36,404 nucleotides of DNA from a virus (Duplodnaviria > Caudoviricetes). The stretch is taken from positions 1 to 36,404 of the IMG/VR virus record IMGVR_UViG_3300016667_000112. The stretch is one strand, 5' to 3'. The translations under genes were made by a program, and so were the position numbers. Below the pieces are notes generated by a model. The model did no database searches. It was not told the DNA's origin and was given only the letters and a program-made list of their open reading frames with translations. Shown one piece after another: positions 26,210 through 33,718 of this stretch. Each line of letters opens with the position of its first letter. Position 1 is the first letter of the stretch.

Positions 26210-26631
26210 TTGATGTAATTAACAGCTTCTTGGATTCGATCATGCGCCAGCTTTAACCTAGCCCTATCTGCTTCAGATATTTCTTTCCCTTTTGAAAGAT
26301 CGTTAGCAGCCACCGATACAACCAACGCCTCAAACTCAATGACCTTCAGCAAGTCCGATGCGTAAAAAGCTCGTTTCGCTGGCGCTGCACCCTTTACCCT
26401 ATGCAGTGCCGTTGTTTCCTCTGGAGGGAAAAGGTCCGATACATGCAACCCGATAGCTGTAGTAATTTCTTCCACATTACACCCAGCAAAGCACTTTAGA
26501 AGAATCCTGCCATCGTCAAGCTCTTTAATGGCCAGTGACGGCCTTTTATCTCCGTGGGAAGGGCAACATGCCATCCACTTGCCATTGCCGCCTTTAACTC
26601 CTTCTAATCGCTCCAGAAGGTTGTTTATCAT
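26206..26631 (-). CDS. Stand-alone primase-type CHC2 Zn-finger protein
   Basis: WMACCPSHGDKRPSLAI...ILLKCFAGC; no TOPRIM domain. Confidence 0.8.
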   Translation of the reverse strand: MINNLLERLEGVKGGNGKWMACCPSHGDKRPSLAIKELDDGRILLKCFAGCNVEEITTAIGLHVSDLFPPEETTALHRVKGAAPAKRAFYASDLLKVIEFEALVVSVAANDLSKGKEISEADRARLKLAHDRIQEAVNYIK

Positions 26632-27299
26632 TTCGCCCCCCTTAGTCTCAAATCAACGATGGGAGCAGCTTCTATTTCGTCCTCCCAACGGCGTTGATTA
26701 AGCCACGTTGCTGGATGCGGGACAAATTGAATTTCTTTATCGCAAAGCCTCTGACGTTTGATTGCGTCAATGATACTTTTCGTTAAAGCATCATCTGGCT
26801 TGATGCGTAGCCAGGTTTTCATAGCTGCTGGTTTTGCTACTTTTCGTGGATATGCAGTCCAAAAAACATTGAACGTAGTGATATGTTTTTGGTTCTCGGT
26901 TATCGGTTCTCGGTTAGCATAGTTTTTTGGTTCTCCAGCAGTGCTGTTGCTATGCTGTAGCAATGCTGTAGCATGCGATTCTGATGCTGTAGCATTTTTC
27001 CACCGTTTAGCCGCTTTGTTCCTAGCTACGTCCGATCTCGCATGATATGCAGCTATTTCAGCATCGCAGCGTTTCTGCCTGTAAACATTTCCATCAACGA
27101 TAAAGAAGGCATCCAATATCATTTGGACCGTATCGGATGACGATCCAATCTTGAAGGCCAGCAGCTTTGCGTCATTAGGAAGTGGAGATTCTGTGTCGTA
27201 GTACATCCACAACAGCTTCAGATAAGCCATTGCGTCTACATCAGAAAGAGATGCGGTATCACGGCGAAAATCGCCGATATGATGCTGATAAGAAAACAT
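26628..27299 (-). CDS. Replication initiator, DUF1376/YdaU family
   Basis: YQHHIGDFRRDTASLS..AYLKLLWMYYDTESPL; C-terminal FWTAYPRKVAK...HPATWLNQRRWEDE. Confidence 0.85.
   Translation of the reverse strand: MFSYQHHIGDFRRDTASLSDVDAMAYLKLLWMYYDTESPLPNDAKLLAFKIGSSSDTVQMILDAFFIVDGNVYRQKRCDAEIAAYHARSDVARNKAAKRWKNATASESHATALLQHSNSTAGEPKNYANREPITENQKHITTFNVFWTAYPRKVAKPAAMKTWLRIKPDDALTKSIIDAIKRQRLCDKEIQFVPHPATWLNQRRWEDEIEAAPIVDLRLRGAK
26890..26994. promoter_or_regulatory. Putative replication origin (iterons inside the initiator gene)
   Basis: ATGCTGTAGCA at 26952, 26963 and 26984, plus four (T/C)GGTT(C/A)(T/G) heptamers at 26890-26917. Confidence 0.7.
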
Positions 27300-27334
27300 A
27301 CATGCCTCACGTTATTGGCAGCCGTTACTGAAGA

Positions 27335-27392
27335 ATGGACTGGCAGGGCGGTAACGAATCGCCTTTTCGGGTTGCACTCCCTAGCCATCCAT
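27335..27392 (-). ncRNA. c4-like antisense/regulatory RNA upstream of the initiator
   Basis: ATGGATGGCTAGGG...CCCTGCCAGTCCAT stem enclosing CCCGAAAAGG and GGCG-ATTCGTTAC-CGCC; loop complementary to downstream GTAACG/ATAACG. Confidence 0.7.
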
Positions 27393-27404
27393 GTAAATCA
27401 TACT

Positions 27405-27776
27405 CTAATCTTTGTTGTTGTATGTAGGCTTCAGGTTAGAAACCAAGTGCTTAAAGCTGCGGCCACCAATAGCCTGGCCGCGCGGAGACTCTTTTGGAAG
27501 GAAGTTTTTCAACGGCGTAAACGGTTTCGGTTCGCGTGATGGCACGAGGTTCGTAGTCATAATTTCTTTAGCTCCCATAGTTGAAAAGTACACGTTGCCT
27601 ACCATTCTTAGGCATCCATGATTTATCAATGTCTGTAGCTCAGTCCTTAGTTGATGCGGCTTTTCAAACCCATGCATACCAAAGTTTTCTACAAACATAT
27701 CAAAATTCATCCCGCCATACATCGAGAACAAATCCAGAATTTCACGACGGCGGCTTCCTGACTTGGGAATAATCAT
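27405..27776 (-). CDS. Hypothetical protein, first gene of the leftward operon (possible winged helix)
   Basis: 123-aa ORF in the Cro-like position. Confidence 0.6.
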   Translation of the reverse strand: MIIPKSGSRRREILDLFSMYGGMNFDMFVENFGMHGFEKPHQLRTELQTLINHGCLRMVGNVYFSTMGAKEIMTTNLVPSREPKPFTPLKNFLPKESPRGQAIGGRSFKHLVSNLKPTYNNKD

Positions 27777-27907
27777 AGCTACAAATTCCTATCATGCAAT
27801 TGAATATTTCTATCGGCTAATTAATTTCAATTAAAAAGTTTTTGTTGCGGCGAAATTGCGCTGTGCTAATATACACACATCGCAGTCAGCGATAACTAGG
27901 AGAAAAT
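27777..27907. promoter_or_regulatory. Divergent promoter region
   Basis: AT-rich gap between divergent operons; plus strand AAAAAGTTTTTG-TTGCGG-16 nt-TAATAT; CTATC boxes near 27790 and 27810. Confidence 0.6.
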
Positions 27908-28219
27908 ATGAAATATGATAACGCAACGAAACTGCTCAAGCACATTTACTACGGTGATGTTTACGAAGTTACAGAGAAAATCCCTAAAAGTCAGCTTGAA
28001 GAAGAACTTGCAGAGCTAATTTACACCTGGAGCGTGTTTGAATCAAAGCCTGAAAAACTTCGCGCAGCAATGCTGAACCAAATTAAATCAATGTGCAAAC
28101 GTATCGCAGAAAGCCGCGATTACGAGTCAGCTAGTGACGAAGATTTTGAATCACGATGGCTTGAAGAGTGCGATCGATACTATGATGAAAAGAAAGATCG
28201 CGAGGCAGAGCGTGGATAA
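27908..28219 (+). CDS. Acidic early hypothetical protein
   Basis: AGGAG RBS; first plus-strand gene. Confidence 0.7.
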   Translation: MKYDNATKLLKHIYYGDVYEVTEKIPKSQLEEELAELIYTWSVFESKPEKLRAAMLNQIKSMCKRIAESRDYESASDEDFESRWLEECDRYYDEKKDREAERG

Positions 28220-28220
28220 A

Positions 28221-28322
28221 ATGCTAGATCCAAATGACTTTATTGGAAAATTTGTAAACAAATATCCTTTGCTAGTAATTTGCTCAATACTTTTTATTTC
28301 GCTAATTATTGACTCAATATGA
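28221..28322 (+). CDS. Small membrane peptide, 33 aa
   Basis: MLDPNDFIGKFVNKYPLLVICSILFISLIIDSI; single hydrophobic helix, coupled to neighbours. Confidence 0.5.
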   Translation: MLDPNDFIGKFVNKYPLLVICSILFISLIIDSI

Positions 28323-28480
28323 AATCAATTCTTGATCCAACATTTAAATATGTTCAATCATCTAAAACTGATATTAGAAAAACTTTCGAACGTATTAAAA
28401 AAGAGCAAACGAAAAATAAACCTGTTCCTGTTGTATCGAAAATTCGGCAACTCAATAATCTCAAGTCTAAAACTAACTAG
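28319..28480 (+). CDS. Small basic protein, 53 aa
   Basis: Not in the track; MKSILDPTFKYVQSSKTDIRKTFERIKKE...; ATGA overlap. Confidence 0.65.
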   Translation: MKSILDPTFKYVQSSKTDIRKTFERIKKEQTKNKPVPVVSKIRQLNNLKSKTN

Positions 28481-28488
28481 GAAATAAA

Positions 28489-29139
28489 ATGAATAATATT
28501 GAAGAACAACAGCATCGCCAGTGGATTGTTTATGACAAGCTCCAGGCTGCCAGGATTTCTCTACAGTCGCACGACTTGAAAAAGTCTGGCCATAACAAAT
28601 TCGCAGGATATAAGTATTTTGAGCTTTCTGATTTTTTGCCTACTGTTAATCGTATTTTTGCGGATTTGAAACTTTGCCACACGCTTGAGTTTCACGAAGA
28701 TTTAGCAATCATGCGCGTCATTGACACAGAAAACGGTGGCGACGCTAAATTTACTTGCCCAATGGCAGCTGCTGAACTCAAAGGATGCCATCCTGTACAG
28801 AATCTTGGTGCATCAATCACATATATCACGCGATATCTTCTCGTAATGGCTTTGGCTATCGTTGAACATGACGCTGTAGACGCATCTGAGCCAGTACAAC
28901 CAAAGTCTGCAAAGCCTGTTGCTGTTGATGTGTTTGATTCAATGGCTGAAGAAGATCAAACCATCATTGAAGGGCTGGCAATGGAAGTTCGTTCTTTGCT
29001 GCACAAAAATGATGTAGCTGGCGCTGTAGAGTACATCAATCAATGTGAACTAGATGCCGACTGGAAAACTGCGCTGTGGAGTCGGTTTGATAGCAAGCAA
29101 CGCAGCGCAATCAAGAAATTTACTACTCAAGGAAAATAA
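28489..29139 (+). CDS. erf: ERF-family ssDNA-annealing recombinase
   Basis: [32 protein letters not shown]...I.EHD. Confidence 0.85.
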   Translation: MNNIEEQQHRQWIVYDKLQAARISLQSHDLKKSGHNKFAGYKYFELSDFLPTVNRIFADLKLCHTLEFHEDLAIMRVIDTENGGDAKFTCPMAAAELKGCHPVQNLGASITYITRYLLVMALAIVEHDAVDASEPVQPKSAKPVAVDVFDSMAEEDQTIIEGLAMEVRSLLHKNDVAGAVEYINQCELDADWKTALWSRFDSKQRSAIKKFTTQGK

Positions 29140-29387
29140 TGCAATACGACAATACTAACCGTGGAATCCTCGGAAAAAACTTTAATAAATCTGCTGATAA
29201 CCATCCAGATTACAGCGGAAGCATTAACATTAATGGCGAAGAATTCTGGCTATCTGGATGGATTAAAGAAGGCAAAGCAGGTAAGTTTTTTAGCCTTTCC
29301 GTAAAGCCTAAAGAGTCAAAAGCGCCTCGCAAAGAACAAAAACAGCAAAGTAAAACTGATATTCCTGAAGATGACATTCCTTTTTAG
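29139..29387 (+). CDS. Small ssDNA-binding protein (DUF736-like)
   Basis: [20 protein letters not shown]; SSB-type acidic tail EDDIPF; follows erf. Confidence 0.75.
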   Translation: MQYDNTNRGILGKNFNKSADNHPDYSGSININGEEFWLSGWIKEGKAGKFFSLSVKPKESKAPRKEQKQQSKTDIPEDDIPF

Positions 29388-29395
29388 GAGCTAAT

Positions 29396-29542
29396 ATGAA
29401 ATATTTAATCGGTCTAATGCTTGCTGGTGCTGCCACTATTGCCTGGGCACAGTGCACTACGCACTCGTACTACTATCAAGGAAGGTACGTTACATGCACA
29501 ACGTGTTGTTATGCAGGTAATTGCAACACTACATGCTTCTAA
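29396..29542 (+). CDS. Secreted six-cysteine peptide, 48 aa
   Basis: Not in the track; AGGAG RBS; MKYLIGLMLAGAATIAWA|QCTTHSYYYQGRYVTCTTCCYAGNCNTTCF. Confidence 0.75.
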   Translation: MKYLIGLMLAGAATIAWAQCTTHSYYYQGRYVTCTTCCYAGNCNTTCF

Positions 29543-29563
29543 CAATGGCGTAATCCAACCCTA

Positions 29564-29653
29564 GCGGATAGTGGGCGAAACTTCCGCAGCATAAGCCAAT
29601 CGTTCTCACGAAGCCTTAATTGGTGATTATGCTGACAGCCAGGAAAGACTGGC
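29564..29653 (+). ncRNA. Three tandem hairpins, candidate cis-regulatory RNA
   Basis: GCGGA/TCCGC; CAGCATAA/TTATGCTG with inner GCCAAT/ATTGGT; GCCAG-GAAAGA-CTGGC. Confidence 0.5.
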
Positions 29654-29671
29654 ATTAACATAGGAGAAAAA

Positions 29672-29884
29672 ATGAAACTGCTTGAAGAACTAATTATTCT
29701 TGGTAACTTTCGTAATGATGCACAACTTGCAGAGGCACTAGACGTATCTACACCGGTAATTAGCCGCATCCGTAATGGCAAATGTGCTGTGTCTGCTGAT
29801 GTGATGATTAAGATTCACGAAAAGTTCAACCTCTCGATTTCACAGATTAAAGCACTATGTTCATCCGATCAGCAATCATCGTAA
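29672..29884 (+). CDS. XRE-type HTH regulator
   Basis: NDAQLAEALDVSTPVISRIRNG. Confidence 0.85.
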   Translation: MKLLEELIILGNFRNDAQLAEALDVSTPVISRIRNGKCAVSADVMIKIHEKFNLSISQIKALCSSDQQSS

Positions 29885-30069
29885 TCTTGTCTGTATGCCT
29901 TTTATTTTCGTTACATCGTGTAAACGAAGCAGAGAAAGAAGGATATACAAAAGGATATGATGCTGCAAAGAACGAAGTTGTTGAGCTACCTAAAGCTACT
30001 GCTGAAATGTGTACAGCTTGGTTCTTTAGTGCAAATCTAAAAGATGCTAAGAAAAGGATGTGCAAATGA
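29857..30069 (+). CDS. Small membrane-anchored hypothetical protein
   Basis: N-terminal TM segment, GYTKGY, CTAWFF. Confidence 0.6.
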   Translation: MFIRSAIIVILSVCLLFSLHRVNEAEKEGYTKGYDAAKNEVVELPKATAEMCTAWFFSANLKDAKKRMCK

Positions 30070-30371
30070 CAAGTTACGCAATTACTGAAATGGATGTTGT
30101 CCGATGGGGCGAAGCCAGAGGAATAATTCAGAACTCAGATTCTAAAACGCAACTGTTGAAAGCAATGTCAGAGATGGGAGAGCTTGCAGATGCAATTATC
30201 AAACGAGACCGCGACGGAATTATTGATGGAATTGGCGACGTACTTGTATGTCTTACTATGGTTGCTGCTATTGAAGATGTCGATGTAAAAAAGTGCTTTG
30301 CTTCAGCGTATGGCCAAATCAAAAACAGAAAAGGCTATTTGAATAAAAACGGCGTATTTATTAAAGAATGA
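30066..30371 (+). CDS. MazG-like nucleotide pyrophosphohydrolase
   Basis: QLLKAMSEMGELADA...DGIGDVLV...AYGQIKNRKG...GVFIKE. Confidence 0.85.
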   Translation: MTSYAITEMDVVRWGEARGIIQNSDSKTQLLKAMSEMGELADAIIKRDRDGIIDGIGDVLVCLTMVAAIEDVDVKKCFASAYGQIKNRKGYLNKNGVFIKE

Positions 30372-30817
30372 GACACGAACTAAAATTTAATTCTGAAATT
30401 GCTAAATCAAAAATATCTAAAATTATTGCTTTAATACTTACAAAGCAAATGACAAACGAGGAAATATCAAAACTAATACACATCAATGTAAAGCACTGTA
30501 AAACATATATTAATCATTTGCTTCAAAATAAAAGAATTTATGTATCTGGATGGCGCAAGAAAAAAACACTACAAAGTTTTATTTATATTCCTTGTTACAA
30601 AGTAGGATGCAAAGAAAACGTTCCAAAGCCTACGCCAACGCCAAAATCAGTTAAATACAAAACTTATGTTGAGCGGCGTAAAAAAGACTTTGACCGTCAA
30701 GAAATACACTTGCTTAAACGTAGACTTAATTACGCAAAAAAGAAAACAAAACCTATCCGCGACTGGACAACTTTCTGGATAAATAGACGTGGAACTAATG
30801 TTTCTGAAATTTCTTGA
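30368..30817 (+). CDS. Basic winged-helix-like protein
   Basis: MTNEEISKLIHI...YINHL...RIYVSGW. Confidence 0.6.
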   Translation: MRHELKFNSEIAKSKISKIIALILTKQMTNEEISKLIHINVKHCKTYINHLLQNKRIYVSGWRKKKTLQSFIYIPCYKVGCKENVPKPTPTPKSVKYKTYVERRKKDFDRQEIHLLKRRLNYAKKKTKPIRDWTTFWINRRGTNVSEIS

Positions 30818-30977
30818 GTGGGCACAGTTGAACAAGATGCCGCCAACAATTAATAACTTTGATTTATGGAAAGCTGGCTACATGGAACGGCAACCAGAAA
30901 TAGATAGGCTGCGTTCTGAAGTAACCAGGATTCATGAGATAGTTACAGAGAAAAATCACCAACTAGGAATAGGATAA
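30798..30977 (+). CDS. Small hypothetical protein
   Basis: MFLKFLEWA...WKAGY...RQPEIDRL. Confidence 0.55.
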   Translation: MFLKFLEWAQLNKMPPTINNFDLWKAGYMERQPEIDRLRSEVTRIHEIVTEKNHQLGIG

Positions 30978-31156
30978 TGGGACGCCCACGAAAAGTAGAA
31001 CAAACAGAAAAACATAGACCAGATGAGTGGAAACTATATTTCTCTGCAGCCTTTGGTGGGCTTGTCGCCAGAGGTGGGCTATCAGAAGATCAAATGATTA
31101 AAACCGCAGCACAGTACGCTGATTCAATCATTAAACACTTATCAGAAAACCACTAA
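30977..31156 (+). CDS. Small protein with N-terminal GRPRK (AT-hook-like), 59 aa
   Basis: Not in the track; TAATG coupling and AGGA RBS; MGRPRKVEQTEKHRPDEWKLYFSAAFGG... Confidence 0.6.
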   Translation: MGRPRKVEQTEKHRPDEWKLYFSAAFGGLVARGGLSEDQMIKTAAQYADSIIKHLSENH

Positions 31157-31315
31157 GCCATACGGTGTTTTCATCAACAACTTCATCATCGCCAAGCGAT
31201 ACGATAGTTGGAGGATATCGTCTACAGTATCCCAAATCGTCTTTAGGCTGTTTTAAAAAAATGAGCATGATCCGCACGAAGGCAAACAATCTTCAGGAAT
31301 CTTTTTTACAGGCAT
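31131..31315 (-). pseudogene. Frameshifted Cys-rich (CxxC...CRRYPP) gene remnant
   Basis: MPVKKIPEDCLPSCGSCSFF* stops in a T7 run (31255-31261); the -1 frame continues KQPKDDLGYCRRYPP...ISV*. Confidence 0.55.
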
Positions 31316-31518
31316 TTCGCATTCTGTACTGCTTTAAGTTGCGACTCAAGTTCTTTAATGCGAATATCTTGCAAAACAACTTTCTCCGTTAAATTGTTTA
31401 CTACTCCAGCGACATAATCAGCTTCGTTCCGCTCAAGTAGCACAGATCCATTTTCAAAATGTTGTACTGCATATGCTGTGCTGCAAATAAACAATGCGGC
31501 TATAAACGCTTGTTTCAT
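31306..31518 (-). CDS. Small exported coiled-coil protein after the spanins
   Basis: Signal peptide MKQAFIAALFICSTAYA. Confidence 0.6.
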   Translation of the reverse strand: MKQAFIAALFICSTAYAVQHFENGSVLLERNEADYVAGVVNNLTEKVVLQDIRIKELESQLKAVQNAKCL

Positions 31519-31520
31519 TA

Positions 31521-31997
31521 TTACTCCTTTTTAAGTGAGTCATACTGGGCGTAGCATTGTTTCAAAGCTATTCTTATTTCGTCTGCTCTGGCAGCTTCCC
31601 CTGCAAGAAATTCTGCATCGGATCTGAAAAGCTCTTTTCCAGTACAGTGCTGTCTATCTTGTTTAGCGTCGGGATCGTCGGGCATTCCGCTTTCAGGACG
31701 GTCTTTTCTGTCGCGCAAGCTGTGAACAATGGCAGCGTGAGTAGCATTAAGTTTGCGTATCTCATTGTCCTTTTCCTTCTGGATATTGTTTGCAGCCTTC
31801 TGCCAGCTTTGTTCTTTGTCTCGTGCCTGCCGTAGTTCTTCAGCATGCTTAGCAATAGCCTCAGCCTTTGCTTTATCCCACTCGGCTTGTATCTTTTCTT
31901 TACCATTGTTGTAACCGTTGTAATGGCCAACGCCATACGAAATAGCTATGGACAAAATACCAGCTAAGATAAAGTAAGGATTCATAGGCCAATGCAC
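31521..31997 (-). CDS. Rz-like inner-membrane spanin
   Basis: N-terminal TM segment, long coiled coil, AARADEIRIALKQCYAQY; follows endolysin. Confidence 0.8.
   Translation of the reverse strand: MHWPMNPYFILAGILSIAISYGVGHYNGYNNGKEKIQAEWDKAKAEAIAKHAEELRQARDKEQSWQKAANNIQKEKDNEIRKLNATHAAIVHSLRDRKDRPESGMPDDPDAKQDRQHCTGKELFRSDAEFLAGEAARADEIRIALKQCYAQYDSLKKE
31574..31765 (-). CDS. Rz1-like outer-membrane lipoprotein spanin embedded in Rz
   Basis: MRYANLMLLTLPLFTA|C lipobox, 63 aa, different frame fully inside Rz; AAGGA upstream. Confidence 0.7.
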   Translation of the reverse strand: MRYANLMLLTLPLFTACATEKTVLKAECPTIPTLNKIDSTVLEKSFSDPMQNFLQGKLPEQTK

Positions 31998-32434
31998 TTC
32001 CTGTATTCTTCTTGACGTCGCTTAGTTAATCCAGCAAGCGGCTTACCTTTAAATTTGTCCCAACGTAATATTTCTTTGCACGCGCCATAATAATCAAGTT
32101 TATTTAGCTTTTTTGCCAGTGTAGAACGACAAAACGCCCCTGTTCCGATGTTGTATGAAAGTGATACGTAAGCATCAAATTCATACTGATACATTGGAAC
32201 AGGAGCGCATTGTTTTACTGATGCTTCAAACGCTGAAGCATCATCAAGCAACCTGACTAAAGCACGTTCTACGCTTATCTTATCGCCTAGTTTAACGTTT
32301 TCTGTCGAACCAAAACCGATTGTAGGAACGTCGCCAGCAACAGGTATATAAGCAGAATCACGAAAAGACTCATGCAAAGCGATGCCAACAATAGCAGCGG
32401 CAGATAACGATAATGCTGCTATTGGGCTTCTCAT
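31982..32434 (-). CDS. SAR endolysin, GH24 lysozyme
   Basis: Weakly hydrophobic N-terminal SAR segment; catalytic E-x-D-x-T pattern (HESFR..AY....GDVPTIGFG), YNIG, GLTKRRQEE. Confidence 0.9.
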   Translation of the reverse strand: MRSPIAALSLSAAAIVGIALHESFRDSAYIPVAGDVPTIGFGSTENVKLGDKISVERALVRLLDDASAFEASVKQCAPVPMYQYEFDAYVSLSYNIGTGAFCRSTLAKKLNKLDYYGACKEILRWDKFKGKPLAGLTKRRQEEYRKCIGL

Positions 32435-32652
32435 TCTTCCATCCTGCGCTTATGTTCAGCTTCTTCGCGCTTGTCTTGCTTGTGTCGGTAATACCAATTG
32501 ATACACAAACCAGCAAGACCAATCAAAATACCAGCAAGGACACCAAACTGGCTAGATAGAACCCATCCTACAATGCTCGTGCTTGCACCCGTATATGTTG
32601 CTTTGCTGCCAAGTGCAGCCATAGTAGCGTCTAGTGTTTGTTGTTCTTTCAT
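32431..32652 (-). CDS. Holin (pinholin-like)
   Basis: Two hydrophobic segments, NWYY and a charged C-terminus; precedes endolysin. Confidence 0.8.
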   Translation of the reverse strand: MKEQQTLDATMAALGSKATYTGASTSIVGWVLSSQFGVLAGILIGLAGLCINWYYRHKQDKREEAEHKRRMEE

Positions 32653-32666
32653 ATTTTTCTCTTAAA

Positions 32667-33716
32667 TTAATACGATCCAATTGCAAACCAATATGCGGAC
32701 GTAACAATTGAGTCGCTAGTGTTTCTTATGGTAAATGATGATGTGCTTTTAGTACCAACTTTGGGAGCATTTCTAGCGGTATTATTATCTTCTGAAATTG
32801 TAATTTGAATATTAAACAATGTGGCAAATGTTTGAACGAAATTTACTGATGCAAAAGAATTTGCTGCAATTGAATCAACACTTCCCCATTGAACCATTAA
32901 TCCACCAGGAAATTTTTTGTATCCATTTTCAGCATTGTTTCCTGCAAATGATTCAAGCGAAGAAAGAATAACGTTACCAGTTCCGCCTGTATCTGCCGCA
33001 TTACCTTTAACAGATGTTACTGGAAATGTAACAGCGTGAGTATGAGTAGATCCACTAGCACTATTTGAAGAAGATACAGATAGGGTTCCAGGCGTACCCA
33101 TTGAGATAGTGCCACTAGTTGTGATTGTCCCGCCACTAAGACCAGCACCAGCAGTAATAGAAGTTACAGTTCCGCTTGAACCTGCAGATACAGTAGCCCA
33201 CGATACGTTAGTACCATCTGTCTGAAGAATCTTCCCATTATTACCAGTTTGAGATGGCAGCAGAGAGTTAATTGCTCCTGCTTGCGTTGTTGCGCCAGTG
33301 CCACCATTGGCAATAGGTAGTGTGCCACTCACATGAGTAGTCAAAGGAACTTTTCCCCACGATGGAGCAGTTCCAGATAGCAATACATTGCCTGATGCAG
33401 CACTAGCTAGTTTAGCCAGCGTATTTGATGCACTCGCATAAAGCATGTCGCCAGCAGTAACCGACGATAAGCCAGTTCCACCTTGAGTAACAGTTAGAAC
33501 AGAACTAAGGTTAATAGCACCAGTAACAGATAGATCGCCGCCAACAGTCAGATTGTCACCAGCAGAACCTGTTTGGAAGTCTTTAAGTTGCGCCATAAGC
33601 TCACGAATGGCGTTGTTAATGCCAGACGGCGCGCAACCTTCAGCAATATTAATGCCGTCAATCTCTGTATTGTTTGCCGGGATAGAGCTATATTCGCTAA
33701 TCTTTGTGTTTGCCAT
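32667..33716 (-). CDS. Tail fibre / receptor-binding protein
   Basis: N-terminal INIAEGCAPSGINNAIRELMA attachment domain, GGTG repeats, C-terminal NGYKKFPGGLMVQWG lectin-like domain; P22 gp9-like position. Confidence 0.8.
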   Translation of the reverse strand: MANTKISEYSSIPANNTEIDGINIAEGCAPSGINNAIRELMAQLKDFQTGSAGDNLTVGGDLSVTGAINLSSVLTVTQGGTGLSSVTAGDMLYASASNTLAKLASAASGNVLLSGTAPSWGKVPLTTHVSGTLPIANGGTGATTQAGAINSLLPSQTGNNGKILQTDGTNVSWATVSAGSSGTVTSITAGAGLSGGTITTSGTISMGTPGTLSVSSSNSASGSTHTHAVTFPVTSVKGNAADTGGTGNVILSSLESFAGNNAENGYKKFPGGLMVQWGSVDSIAANSFASVNFVQTFATLFNIQITISEDNNTARNAPKVGTKSTSSFTIRNTSDSIVTSAYWFAIGSY

Positions 33717-33718
33717 GA

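Noticed and set aside
29631-29653. CTGACAG...GAAA as a hammerhead ribozyme core
   Set aside because: Does not match CUGANGA and the three-stem topology is missing
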